Shown here: one piece after another, positions 1 to 10,194 of the stretch | Layout: each line of letters opens with the position of its first letter | Position numbering within the stretch: position 1 is the stretch's first letter | From: Longimicrobiales bacterium | GTDB taxonomy: Bacteria; Gemmatimonadota; Gemmatimonadetes; Longimicrobiales; Gaopeijiaceae | NCBI GenBank assembly: GCA_965249725.1 | Contig: CBDFMQ010000001.1 | Location: forward strand, 224,001 to 288,000 | Direction: 5' to 3' | Length of the DNA stretch: 64,000 nt | The notes under the pieces: generated by a model | Databases searched by the model: none | What the model was told of the DNA's origin: nothing | The model's input: only the letters and a program-made list of their open reading frames with translations | Program-made: the position numbers and the translations under genes

Positions 1-65
1 CGGTCGAAGATTGCCCGAAGCCTCCACCTGAGATCCGCGATCCAGCGCATCCTATTCCCCCCGCC

Positions 66-413
66 TCACGACGCTTCGATGATCCGTTCCACCGCCCCGG
101 ACAGCTTGGACCAGTGCTCGAGTTCCATTCCCAGTTGCTTTTCACCGTCTCGGGTCAGGCAGTAGTACCGCGCTCTTCGGTTGTTGTCGGTCACCTGCCA
201 CTCCGAACGGATCCACCCCTCACGGGTCAGGCGGTGGAGAGACGCGTACAGTGATCCCTGGTTCACTTGGAGCACGTCTCTGGACATCTGCTGAATGCGC
301 TCGGAGACGCCCCAGCCGTGCATGGGTTCCATGGAGAGGACCTTTAGGATCAGCATGTCCATGGTGCCCTTGATCATGTCGCCCTGTCGTTTGCCCACGC
401 TCTCTTCCTCCAT
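66..413 (-). CDS. PadR-family transcriptional regulator
   Basis: GTMDMLILKVL..PMHGWGV..I..S..VLQVNQGSLYASLHRL..GWI.SEW....NRRARYY matches the PadR wHTH pattern. Confidence 0.92.
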   Translation of the reverse strand: MEEESVGKRQGDMIKGTMDMLILKVLSMEPMHGWGVSERIQQMSRDVLQVNQGSLYASLHRLTREGWIRSEWQVTDNNRRARYYCLTRDGEKQLGMELEHWSKLSGAVERIIEAS

Positions 414-469
414 GAACGGAGTCCCGCTGACTGTTCTCTCTGTGAGCGAGACCGGTGCATGCGCTTCTT

Positions 470-514
470 TCTGTAAACAAGAGTACCTGTCGCACTACCC
501 TCTGTAAACAAGAG
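470..514. promoter_or_regulatory. Two copies of TCTGTAAACAAGAG upstream of the PadR gene; candidate operators
   Basis: Exact 14-bp direct repeat at 470-483 and 501-514, imperfectly palindromic. Confidence 0.5.
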
Positions 515-633
515 AAGGTCGAAGGGTTGGACGGGAGTCGAGCCGGAAAGGTTGGAGGGTCGGAACGCGGGGGAGTCTGGGTGGGGCGCGGGCACGCGTG
601 GGCACGCGTGGGACGGTCATACGTATGGTTCGA

Positions 634-2181
634 TCACGAACGTACGTACGGCGAACTCTCCAGAGCCTCGATCGCCTGCGCGATGGTCGCCGGAGGGATA
701 TCGTCCTCGCATTTGTAGCGGGCCGCGGCGGTGGCGTAGTTGGGCTCGATGCTGCGGGCTCGGTTCTGCTCGATGAGCGCCTCGGCCGGTCTGGGCGGAA
801 GCGGTGGGGTCGGGGCCGGCCTGTCCGGGATCATCCTCATGGTGGGATCGAGGAAGTAGAGCCGCTCTCCGCGGGGGGAGTGCATCGTATAGCCCTCCTC
901 GTGCACCAGCCGGTGATGGAACCGGCACAGAAGCACGAGGTTGTCCAGCTTGGTCTGCCCCCCGTCGGCCCAATGTCTCACGTGATGGGCGTCGGTGAAG
1001 CGGAGACCGCAGCCCGGGAACCGGCATCCCCGGTCGCGAGACTCGAGCGCGCGCCTGAGCGCCGGAGGGATCGTGCGTGTCTTACGGCCCACATCGAGGA
1101 TCGAGCCGTCGGGTGACTCGGTGAGCGGTACCACAGCCGCGTCGCACGACAGCCTCCGGGACGTTTCCGCGGAAACGCGCGTGCCGTCTTCGAGGTCCGA
1201 GCGGCCCGGCTCTGTTTCGGCCTGCAGCGTGAGCGATTCGACGTGTAGGACCACTTGGTAGCGTTCGGTGCGGGTCCCGCTGAGGGGGGCCGAGTCGTCG
1301 CGTCCATCCTCAGCACGCTCTTGCCCGAACCCGACCGCCAGCGCCCGCTCGGCGACCAGTCCCACCGCGTCCGCTCGCCGCTGCTTCGGCTCGATGTCCG
1401 TGGCGGGGCCAGCGGCAGGGTCCGTGGCTGGGTCCGCGGCGGAGTCCGCGGTCGCATCCGCCGCCGGATCCGACGAAGCGCTCTCCCTGTACAGCGCGTC
1501 ACCCGCAGCGTCCACCGCCCGCATGAGCATCGCTCCTACCTCCGGGTCCAGCCCCCCGCGTACGAGATACATGCCCTCCTCGTCCGGGAAGACCGAGAAG
1601 TAGCGCGAGCGGTGCCGCATCCTCTCGAGCTCGGCCTCGTCGTGCCGGCTCAGGCTCCGCCACGCCCTGACCACCCGCTCCAACTGGGCCGCCGTGCAGG
1701 AGTGGGCCAACTCGAGCAGCTCGCCTTCGCTCTCGCGTGTGGCCACGCGGGTGAGCGCCCTCACCTTCGTGAACGACAGCTCGCCTTGGGCCATGGACGC
1801 GCTGATGCGTGGAAGGTCGAGCAGCGCTCGCGAGGCCCGTACTCGTTCGCGGGCGGCCCCCAGGTCGATGCCGGTACGAAAGGCCAGCCAGTGGGCACAG
1901 GACCTGTGGCCGCCCGGCTCCCACCCGCGGAGCCGGTCGAACTCTGCGATCAGGGTCAGGAAGCGATGCTCGGCGGCGTGGATGTGTGCCGCGAGCGTGG
2001 CGATCTCGTCGCCGAGGTCCTGGAGCGCGTCGAAGTGATCGTCGGGTGCCCCGCCGCCGGCCAGACATCTATCGGGATCGGCCCGGACATCGGGGTTCGT
2101 GGCGACATCTGGAACTTTGGCAACGTTTGGAATCTTGTGAACGTCTGGAACCTGCGGGCCGGCGAGCGTGGCGGGACGCAT
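634..2181 (-). CDS. DUF222-domain HNH endonuclease (13E12-repeat-like)
   Basis: RRLSCDA, LDVGRKTR, RDRGCRFPGC, DAHHVRHWADGGQTKLDNLVLLCRFHHRLVH. Confidence 0.9.
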   Translation of the reverse strand: MRPATLAGPQVPDVHKIPNVAKVPDVATNPDVRADPDRCLAGGGAPDDHFDALQDLGDEIATLAAHIHAAEHRFLTLIAEFDRLRGWEPGGHRSCAHWLAFRTGIDLGAARERVRASRALLDLPRISASMAQGELSFTKVRALTRVATRESEGELLELAHSCTAAQLERVVRAWRSLSRHDEAELERMRHRSRYFSVFPDEEGMYLVRGGLDPEVGAMLMRAVDAAGDALYRESASSDPAADATADSAADPATDPAAGPATDIEPKQRRADAVGLVAERALAVGFGQERAEDGRDDSAPLSGTRTERYQVVLHVESLTLQAETEPGRSDLEDGTRVSAETSRRLSCDAAVVPLTESPDGSILDVGRKTRTIPPALRRALESRDRGCRFPGCGLRFTDAHHVRHWADGGQTKLDNLVLLCRFHHRLVHEEGYTMHSPRGERLYFLDPTMRMIPDRPAPTPPLPPRPAEALIEQNRARSIEPNYATAAARYKCEDDIPPATIAQAIEALESSPYVRS

Positions 2182-2499
2182 CGAACCCCCTCATCTGTCG
2201 ACATGGTAACGACTTACGATGAAATATAACGGGCTGATTCGGGGGCTCTCAGACGGCCCTGGAAGGCGCGAGGAGCGGGCCCTAGGTCAAACGAAGTCGG
2301 ACCGATTGAGGTTCGCGTGGCAGCGGGCACGTGGAGGCCGCGCACAAGCCGATTCGGGGTAACTCCGGGACCCGACAGACTACGCCTCGGTCAAAGTCGT
2401 CAATAGCTGGATGGGACGTTAGCGGTCTCGCCAGAGGCCAGCGCGCCCCGAAGAGCAGCCCGCCGCGCTTATCCCCGGAAGAAACTGGCCGGAACCGGG

Positions 2500-3402
2500 C
2501 TACCAGCTGACGTACTTGTACATCAGACGAATCAACTGGTAGGCCTGAGTCATGTCCTGAGCCGTGTATTCGACGCTTGTCCCGTCCAGCCGGCTCATTC
2601 CGGGAATGGCCTGAAGCACATCCGCGCGGGTCGTGGAGGCGAAGCGCATTCGGATCCTGATCGGATCCCTGACCTGGAGCGGGGAGGCGTTGGCGAGATC
2701 GGCCAAGGCCTCGTGGGTCGCGTCGCGAAGACGCTCTCGTACGACATCCGGGTGCAGGAGTCGAGCGACCTGGTATCCGATCGCCTCTTTGGTGGTGACT
2801 GTCCGAGTCTGGACCAGGTCACCGAACTGCTCTGCGAAGGTGGCATCACCCGCGGCTACGAGGATCGGGACGTCGTGCGATCCGGCATAGTGGGCGTTCA
2901 AACCGCCCTCACCAACCTCCACCCCGTTTAGCCAGAGCCCTTTGACAGACCCCGACCCGGTGTGCGCCAGGAAGCCACCGTCGGTGCCTGCCCGGGCGTG
3001 ATAGCCCAAGAAGATCGCCCCGTCGAAGGAGCTGTCGAGCCCCTGTACCATTCCCAAAGGCTTGATGTTGCCCTGGATGTAGGTGACGCGCGGGTCGAGT
3101 CGTGTGTGGAGGAGGTTCTGCATGTCCCCGTGTGAGTCGTTTACGAGGATCTCGGCCTCGCCGTGTTCGAAGATGGCCGCAACCACAGTGTTGACCTCTT
3201 CGGTCATCAGCGCGCGTCCCGTGGCGTAGTCCTTCCCGGCCCCGTTCGTCATCTTCCCGGTCCCGATGCCTCCGATGCCTTCCATGTCAACGGAGATGAA
3301 GATCCTTAGGGGACGGTCCTGCCCGGACAGTCCGGATGTGGCGAGCCCCGCCACGGCGAGAGCCAGGATCAGAGGGAGCATGGAAGCGCGCTTCGAGATC
3401 AT
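2500..3402 (-). CDS. dppA: M55-family D-aminopeptidase (DppA-like) with N-terminal signal peptide
   Basis: IFISVDMEGIGG, NDSHG, FLGYHARAG, LAHT. Confidence 0.88.
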   Translation of the reverse strand: MISKRASMLPLILALAVAGLATSGLSGQDRPLRIFISVDMEGIGGIGTGKMTNGAGKDYATGRALMTEEVNTVVAAIFEHGEAEILVNDSHGDMQNLLHTRLDPRVTYIQGNIKPLGMVQGLDSSFDGAIFLGYHARAGTDGGFLAHTGSGSVKGLWLNGVEVGEGGLNAHYAGSHDVPILVAAGDATFAEQFGDLVQTRTVTTKEAIGYQVARLLHPDVVRERLRDATHEALADLANASPLQVRDPIRIRMRFASTTRADVLQAIPGMSRLDGTSVEYTAQDMTQAYQLIRLMYKYVSW

Positions 3403-3603
3403 CGTAGATCCTCCGAGGAAGACAGTGCGGCCGAAGCCGGAATCTGTACGGAAAAGAAAGTTCTGAGTGTGTAACCCGGGCCGTTGGTAGATTGAGAATA
3501 AGGGACTCGATTTAACATATCGACCCCCCTTGTAGTCAAAGCCGGTGGAAGGGATGATCAGTCGCCCTGATCGGCCTGTGCGCCAGATGAGGAGATTCAG
3601 AAT

Positions 3604-4346
3604 ATGAAGTACCGTTTCTTACTTGGCTTGGTGGCCTTCGGTGTGATCGCTCTGGCCTCCTGTAGTGACACTGCCGCACCCGACGGGACCGACTCGGTCC
3701 TCGAGACCCTCCTGACTCTCGACGTCGCGATGGTCTCCGCCGACGCGCTTCTCGACGACGTGGCGGAACTGCAGTTGGGGTTCGTCGGTGGCTTCGGGGC
3801 CCGCTTGGGGCACCTCCCGACCGTGTTCGGGTCGTCACGTTTTTCGACGCCGACGGCAACGAGCAGGAGGCCTACGACGAGGTCACGACCGCCTCGATCC
3901 ACCTCGTGAGCGAGTTCAGTGGCGAGATGGCCCGTGAGGGCATTTCGGGCAGCATCTCCCGTACACGGGACGTCACCATCACCGGTCTCGAGGGCGACGA
4001 GACCACCCGGACAGCGAACGGCTCGGGAACCGGCTCTGTGTCCCGTAGCCATCACTCCGACGAGCACGGGGACCGGAGCTATGACATGTCCGGTTCGTCT
4101 GTTATGGCCGATGTCGTTCACGGCGTGCCGCGGGCGGATAATCCATACCCGCTTTCCGGCGCGGTTACGCGCGACGTGACGGTGGTCATCGTCAATGGGC
4201 GCAACGGCGACGAGACGCGCACCAGACATGTGCAGATCACGTTCGACGGGACGCAATTCGCGACCATGTCCGTCGATGGCGAGTCATTCGAAGTCGACCT
4301 TTCGACCCGCGACGGCCGTCATCCCCTCCGAAATCGCGGACGGTAG
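3604..4346 (+). CDS. Putative beta-rich lipoprotein split by a -1 frameshift near 3796 (two ORFs in the track)
   Basis: Lipobox LASC; adding one G to the G4 run at 3796-3799 gives a continuous FGGPLGAPPDRVRVVTFFDADGNEQEAYD...SEFSG frame. Confidence 0.65.
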
Positions 4347-4442
4347 CATCTGGTTGCGAAGTCCGAGACGCCCTTTAGCATCCGAGATGGGCCAGCATCT
4401 CACCTACTTCACCGCGGCGGTCGTCCGCAGGACTGACGGTTC

Positions 4443-5612
4443 GTGCTGACCCGGCTGCTCAGGATCACGCTCGTAGCCGCATTGGTCGCGTTCGTTGCGG
4501 TGGTGGTGGTATCGGTCGCGACTCGACTCCCGCTAGAGGCGCCCTCGGCTCGGGGGCCGCTTGAATGGGTGGGTGCCATTCATGTGCACACCGTGGCTTC
4601 GGACGGCGGCGGCACGATCGAGGAGGTCGCGGCGGCCGCCCGGGCCACCGGACTCGACTTTCTCACCATCACGGATCACAACATCTGGGCCATGCCGGCG
4701 CCGATCTATGTCGATGGACGGTTGATGGTCCTCGGGGAAGAAGCCCGAGTGCCTGCCGGACACATGCTGGTCATCGGTGGTGACGACCCACAGGAGAGGC
4801 GCGCGCGACGCGCTGAGGCCGAGGAGAGCGGTGAACCGTTGGGGTCTTCGGTCCCGGAGGGTCCTGGCCTGCGTATCGTGGCCCATCCGGAGGGGCCGGG
4901 CGATCCCTGGAACGACTGGGATCCCGCCGGCTTCGATGCACTCGAGATCTGGAATTGGGATACGGAGCTCCGCGACGACGGCTTGGGCGATTGGCCCAAG
5001 GCGCTTCTGCTTCTTCCGGCCGAGCCGGTATCCGCGATGCTGGAACTGGTCGATCGGCCGACGGCGTCACTCGAGCGCTGGGATCGCCTTCTGGCAGAGG
5101 GTCACCGGGTAGCCGGCGTTTGCTCGGTCGATGCGCACTCGAACGTGCCGGTCACCGATGATCTGGCCCTGCCGTTCCCAGCGTACAGGGACCTCTTCAG
5201 CTTAGCCCGCCAACACGTGCTCCTCGGAGCCGAGCCTACTGGGGAGGCGGTCCACGATGCCGCGCTCGTGACGGAAGCACTGCGCCTCGGCCGCAGCTTC
5301 TGCGCGCTGGACGCAGTCGCGGACGCCTCGGGGTTCACCGCCGAGGCCGTGAGCCTGGATGAGGCGGTGACGTTCGGAGGAGAAATTCCGTGGGAGGTCG
5401 AAAGCACGAGGATCAAGGCGTCGGTGCCGAACGTCGCGGCAGCCACGGTCGTGCGGCTCTATCGTGATGGCGCCCTGGTGTCGGAGGGGACGGGGCCCGA
5501 GTACGATTCCGGGCCCCTGGTGGGGCCAGGAGCCTATCGCCTGGAGATCTACGTGGAGCTGGGGCGCGGGCAGGTTCCCTGGATCTTCACGAACCCGATC
5601 TGGGTGCTGTGA
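4443..5612 (+). CDS. PHP-domain (CehA/McbA-like) metallohydrolase, membrane-anchored or exported
   Basis: IHVHTVASDG, ITDHN, VAHP, SVDAH; hydrophobic N-terminus. Confidence 0.8.
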   Translation: MLTRLLRITLVAALVAFVAVVVVSVATRLPLEAPSARGPLEWVGAIHVHTVASDGGGTIEEVAAAARATGLDFLTITDHNIWAMPAPIYVDGRLMVLGEEARVPAGHMLVIGGDDPQERRARRAEAEESGEPLGSSVPEGPGLRIVAHPEGPGDPWNDWDPAGFDALEIWNWDTELRDDGLGDWPKALLLLPAEPVSAMLELVDRPTASLERWDRLLAEGHRVAGVCSVDAHSNVPVTDDLALPFPAYRDLFSLARQHVLLGAEPTGEAVHDAALVTEALRLGRSFCALDAVADASGFTAEAVSLDEAVTFGGEIPWEVESTRIKASVPNVAAATVVRLYRDGALVSEGTGPEYDSGPLVGPGAYRLEIYVELGRGQVPWIFTNPIWVL

Positions 5613-5625
5613 GTGCGCTCATCGC

Positions 5626-6318
5626 TCAGTACCGGATGTCCGAGCGGCCCACGGTCTTGCCGATGTGGCCCACGGCCCGACCCATCGTGTAAAACTCCCC
5701 GCTCCCGGCCGTCATGCCGAAGAACGGCACGTCGTCCACACGGAGTCGCTCGTTCTCGTCCACGGTTCCCTCCAGGACGGTAGTGGCGACGACCTCCGCG
5801 ACGAACAGCGTGCGTGCCGGCGGCACCAGGAGGGAGTCGAAGACGCGGCATTCCACGTGTATAGGACACTCCTCGACGGTGGGCGCGTTCACCTCGACGG
5901 CCGATCCGCGAGTCAGCTCTGAGAGCTCGTACTTGTCCCCCACCCTCGACGAGCTCATGTCCACTCGGTCGAAAGGCGTGACGATGTCGGCCACCGGGAC
6001 GTTCAGGACGAACTCGCCGTGGCGCTTGATGAGCTCTCCGGCCACATGCTCGTCGCCCACGGCCACGCCGATGTGGGGTGGGCTGCCCTCGATGATGAAC
6101 GTCCACACGACCGAGAGGTGATCGGGATCACCCGGTGCGCCGTTTACCGACAGTAGCACAGCCGGGACGGGTGGCAGCATGGGCCCGGGCTCCCGTAAGC
6201 GGATGCGTTCGGCGGCCTGCGACCGTTCGATGTTCAGAGGGGCGCCACCGGAGAGTATCGCACCGGCAGCCGTGACCCCCAAGAACGACCTTCGCGACAG
6301 ACCATCTTGAGCGTTCAT
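5626..6318 (-). CDS. Flavin-reductase-like (DIM6/NTAB) protein with Tat signal
   Basis: SRRSFLG twin-arginine motif; GEFVLNVP, APTVEECPIHVECRV, LFVAEVV. Confidence 0.8.
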   Translation of the reverse strand: MNAQDGLSRRSFLGVTAAGAILSGGAPLNIERSQAAERIRLREPGPMLPPVPAVLLSVNGAPGDPDHLSVVWTFIIEGSPPHIGVAVGDEHVAGELIKRHGEFVLNVPVADIVTPFDRVDMSSSRVGDKYELSELTRGSAVEVNAPTVEECPIHVECRVFDSLLVPPARTLFVAEVVATTVLEGTVDENERLRVDDVPFFGMTAGSGEFYTMGRAVGHIGKTVGRSDIRY

Positions 6319-6380
6319 GCTCTTACTCCCGGGTCGAGCGGTTCATAGCGGACTCCATCATGTTTCGGTCACTGCGTGGG

Positions 6381-7088
6381 TCAGGCAGTGCTCGACTCGC
6401 GAGGCCGTGGGCCCGTTGATTCCTCAGACGCAGAGCGCGCCGCCGCCGCCGCGTCGTGGCCGTGGTCGTAGTAGCGCTGTTCCTGGGCTTCCACACTTGG
6501 GTCTCGGTATCGGATGAGACCGGCGGGGAGCCGGTGAGTGGACTGGCCCAACACCCGGGATAGTCCTGTGGCCGACGACTCGAGGATCTCAGCCACCATC
6601 CGAACGGAAACACCCGACTCGCCGTCTCTCAGGGATCCCAGGCTCTGCATGTCGCCCAGGGCATCCTTGAGGCCCACGAGCGACCCTACCGCATTCGCCT
6701 CGGTATCGAGGGCCTCGCGGCTCTGCGTGCCGAGGTTGACCAGGAGTGTGCGAGTGAATCGGGGCACGGGGTCCTTGGAGCGAATGCCCGAGATGATACC
6801 CAGGAGCTCTTCCGAGCCCGGTTGCTGTGGGCCTCCCTGCCAGATCCAGACCACTCGCTCGATGGAATGGAACAGCCTCCAGGAAAGCTCACGCCCGCGG
6901 TCCTGGAGCCGCCGACGTTCGAAGAACCACTCGACCACGGCCACCGTGACCAGGATGCCGAAGATCTCCGTGCCCAGGTTGATGAAGAGGGTACCCGTGG
7001 GCGTTGTCGGGCCCACCACAAAGAAAGCGATCAGCACGCAGCCGATGGAGATGATCGAGAAGGCGACTGCGACGAGGGCGCGGATCAA
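6381..7088 (-). CDS. Hypothetical 2-TM membrane protein
   Basis: Two N-terminal hydrophobic helices, LFINLGTEIFGILVTVAVVEWFFERRR motif. Confidence 0.7.
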   Translation of the reverse strand: MIRALVAVAFSIISIGCVLIAFFVVGPTTPTGTLFINLGTEIFGILVTVAVVEWFFERRRLQDRGRELSWRLFHSIERVVWIWQGGPQQPGSEELLGIISGIRSKDPVPRFTRTLLVNLGTQSREALDTEANAVGSLVGLKDALGDMQSLGSLRDGESGVSVRMVAEILESSATGLSRVLGQSTHRLPAGLIRYRDPSVEAQEQRYYDHGHDAAAAARSASEESTGPRPRESSTA

Positions 7089-7309
7089 GGATGTTCCTAG
7101 CTGGTGGTCTGAGCGGAACCTGGCGTGGCGGGTCCAGCCGGACCCATCACGTGAAACTGCACGGGGGCGAACGGGTGCACAACTGCGATTGGCGCAGGGT
7201 CATTCCTGCGGTGCCCGCGACTCCGTGGGGTGGACCGATGGGGCGCGGCGACCGCTCTGCCGGGACCGGGAAGCGAGGCCCGGCCCCGGAGAGCGGACGG
7301 ATCCGAGGT

Positions 7310-7453
7310 TTAGGCACCCCCGTTGGCAGCCGTCACCACGGGGTAGGCCAGGGAGGCGATGATGGCGATGTAGGCGACGATGACGCCGGTCACCTCCAGA
7401 AACATCACGGCCTTCGACTCCTTGTGCTTCGCTTTCTTCGCTTCCGGTTTCAC
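7310..7453 (-). CDS. Small (47 aa) single-TM protein
   Basis: AAGGAGG SD before GTG at 7453; Lys-rich N-terminus then hydrophobic helix. Confidence 0.6.
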   Translation of the reverse strand: MKPEAKKAKHKESKAVMFLEVTGVIVAYIAIIASLAYPVVTAANGGA

Positions 7454-8055
7454 GGAATCCTCCTTGTGTAGGGACTCGAGTTGGTCTTGTCGGTTTCCAC
7501 TGAGCCAGTGGGTGGCCCGGTAGGCACCTTGGTCCATCCGCGCGGAGAATCCGCGCATGGCGACGGAGAGCCGTGACCACCTGGGCTCGGCGGTGGAACG
7601 GGAGACACTCATCGCACACATCCTTCGTTGCGCGCCCCGGGGGGCACTCGCTGCTTGTGGAAGGAGGCTAGAGTCGGGCCATCAGACCGGTATCAGCCGG
7701 GAGTCAGACGGTTCGGACAGGTTTGGTGGCAGGGCCCCGGGAGACCCGTTGAAGCGAGGTCGCCGTCCAAGCGTCCCATTCCTCGTAGCTGCACGGCGTG
7801 AAGCGTGTGTAATCTCCGTAACATGTTGCCACCTATGGGATTGTCCGAATTGTACGCCGAAGCGGGGATGCACTCGTGGCGGGCGTGGCGTGGGTCGTCG
7901 ACTGCGCCTGAGGGACGAATGATTCACATGTCGTGACCGATGTCCGGTGCTTGCGTTTCCAGGCGGCCGTGGACAATGATCAGGCACCGTCGGAGTCTAG
8001 AATCCTGCCGTCTTCCCCCAGGCGATGCTCCGGCCACGCTTGAAGGGCCTCTGCC

Positions 8056-10053
8056 ATGACCGTCCGTCTCAACACGCTGGGCAGACTTCAGGTGTTCCGC
8101 GGGCCCGAGGAGTTGAAGTCCTACGCGGTCCGTGGAACGCGGTGCGCCCTTCTGCTCTACATCGCCCTCGAGCGTGACACCACTCGAGACGCCGCGATGG
8201 GGCTCGTCTGGCCCGAGAGTTCTCCGGAGAAGGCCCGACACTCCCTGAGCCAGACTCTCTACGAGTTGCGGAAGGACCTCGGTGAAGATTGGATCGAATC
8301 GGCGGGGGAGGTGCTGCGCGCCAGTGACTTGGAGTCGGACGCCGAGCGATTCGTTCAAGCCGTTGAGGCCGAGAGGTACGAGGAGGCGTTGGACCTGTAC
8401 CACGGGGCGTTTCTCGAGGGTACCTATCTCGTCGACTCGGGCGACTTCCAGAGGTGGGTCGAACGGCAACGCTCCGCCATCGACCGAATGAGGAGGAATG
8501 CCCAGCGTGCCGAGTTGGAGCGACGTCTGGGGCTGCGGGACCTCGAAGGAGCCCTGGCGGTGACCTACTCATGGGTCGAGTGCGACCCGCTCGACGATGA
8601 GGCGCAGCACGCGTTGGTCAAGCTGCTCGCCGACGCCGGACGTCGGTCGGAGGCGCTCAGTCAGTTCGACGAATTCGAGCGCATGCTCCGCCGGGAGCTG
8701 GAGGTCAGTCCTCTCGAGGAGACATGCCGCCTGATTGAGCAGATTCGGGCCGGAAACGAAGAAGTGCTCGGCGCCGGGCGCCCCGGTCCGGGACCGGAGG
8801 TTGGCGGGTCCAGCGTCTCGATTCCGGAGGGGGCTCACGGCACCGAGGCGGAGACCGTGAAGTCGGATCGAGGCGTCCGCGGGCTCCTCGAAGCGACCTT
8901 GGCGGGCGAGTTCGACGTTGTTCGCAAGATCGGAGAAGGGTTGATGGCCGAGATCTTCCTCGCCCGCGAGGTGAGTTTACGCCGGTTAGTCGCCATAAAG
9001 GTGCTGAGGCCCGAGCACGCTGAGACCGAGACGGCCAGGCGGAGGTTCATTCGTGAGACACAGGCCGCCGCACGGGTCTCGGACCCTAATGTGGCCGCGG
9101 TCTTCCGGACCGGGTTCCTACAGGACGATCTGCCCTATCTCGTCATGGAGTGGATCAAGGGAACGAGCCTGGCCGACTGGCTGGCCTCGGGGACCCAGCT
9201 CGGAGAGGACGGCATCAGACGGGTGGTTCTCGGCATCGCCAAAGGGCTCGCCGGAGCCCACGCGAAGAGAATCGTCCATCGAGACGTGCGTCCGGACAAC
9301 GTCCTGGTCGAGGAAGACACGGGTCGGGTGGCCCTGACGGATTTCGGGATCGCAGCGACGTTGGCCACCGGCGCGGAAACGCCGGAACGGCTCACGGAAA
9401 CGGGGGAGCTGCTGAGCCATCCGCGTTACGCCGCTCCGGAGCAGTTTGCGGGACACGGGGTGACCGAACGCGCCGACATCTACAGTCTGGGCGTCATCGC
9501 CTTCGAGATGCTCACGGGCGAGCACCCATTCGGAGAAATGTCGGCGGCGGAGATGGCCGCGGCGAAGCTCCACGACGAGCCGAGGGGCGTTCTCGCGGTC
9601 CGAGAGGGTGTTGACCCGGGTCTGGCCGCCGTAGTGGACCGCTGCCTAGCGCGCTCTGCGGAGCGACGGCCTCGAGCGGTGGAGGTCGTGGCCGAGCTGG
9701 GGGGCGTCGCCGCACGAGGCGCGGTGACCGGGCCCGAGCACACGCAACCGAAGTCGGGTTCGCTTCTGTCAGAGCTGCGAGCTCGACGGATCCCGGTTGC
9801 GGTGGGGGGCTTCTTCCTGCTGAGCTGGGGGCTGCTGTTCTGGGGCAACGCATTGGTCGAGGCAGGCGCCGCCGGGCCGGCAGTGTATCCGCTCCTTCTC
9901 GTGTTCCTGGCTTCGGGGTTCCACGCGGTCCTTATTCGCACCTGGTTCCACGGAAAACCGGGTGAACATCCTACTTCTGCGATGGAGTTGTGGATGTTGG
10001 GGGCGGTGGTGTGGGTGTGGGCGGTGGTGAGCCTGCTGGTGGTCATGGTGTGA
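8056..10053 (+). CDS. SARP-type wHTH/BTAD domain fused to Ser/Thr kinase and C-terminal 3-TM module
   Basis: LLLYIAL..RD....LVWPES..KARHSLSQTLYELRK, DPLDDEAQ..L (BTAD); GEGLMA, VAIK, HRDVRPDN, DFG, YAAPE. Confidence 0.88.
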   Translation: MTVRLNTLGRLQVFRGPEELKSYAVRGTRCALLLYIALERDTTRDAAMGLVWPESSPEKARHSLSQTLYELRKDLGEDWIESAGEVLRASDLESDAERFVQAVEAERYEEALDLYHGAFLEGTYLVDSGDFQRWVERQRSAIDRMRRNAQRAELERRLGLRDLEGALAVTYSWVECDPLDDEAQHALVKLLADAGRRSEALSQFDEFERMLRRELEVSPLEETCRLIEQIRAGNEEVLGAGRPGPGPEVGGSSVSIPEGAHGTEAETVKSDRGVRGLLEATLAGEFDVVRKIGEGLMAEIFLAREVSLRRLVAIKVLRPEHAETETARRRFIRETQAAARVSDPNVAAVFRTGFLQDDLPYLVMEWIKGTSLADWLASGTQLGEDGIRRVVLGIAKGLAGAHAKRIVHRDVRPDNVLVEEDTGRVALTDFGIAATLATGAETPERLTETGELLSHPRYAAPEQFAGHGVTERADIYSLGVIAFEMLTGEHPFGEMSAAEMAAAKLHDEPRGVLAVREGVDPGLAAVVDRCLARSAERRPRAVEVVAELGGVAARGAVTGPEHTQPKSGSLLSELRARRIPVAVGGFFLLSWGLLFWGNALVEAGAAGPAVYPLLLVFLASGFHAVLIRTWFHGKPGEHPTSAMELWMLGAVVWVWAVVSLLVVMV

Positions 10054-10194
10054 CTCGAAGCGCGACGAGCGACTCGTACGCGTCCGGCTCGGGGTCGGTT
10101 GCGTCATTTTTCCCTGGCAAACCATGCTACACGGCCGTATGCTCTTGGACACCGGCCCCCCAGCCAGCAGTCGGTATCCCAAGGAAGCGTCCCC

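Noticed and set aside
634..2181. HNH gene as an IS element or Cas9/IscB-like nuclease
   Set aside because: No RuvC motifs, terminal inverted repeats or array seen; fits the DUF222-HNH family
2224..2425. attC-like element upstream of the HNH gene (ATATAAC ... GTTAGCG)
   Set aside because: About 200 bp, longer than typical attC sites, with no convincing internal stem
3790..3830. Programmed frameshift or phase variation in the lipoprotein
   Set aside because: One missing G in a short G run with no slippery heptamer; the same pattern at 60096 points to homopolymer sequencing error. Needs reads to settle.
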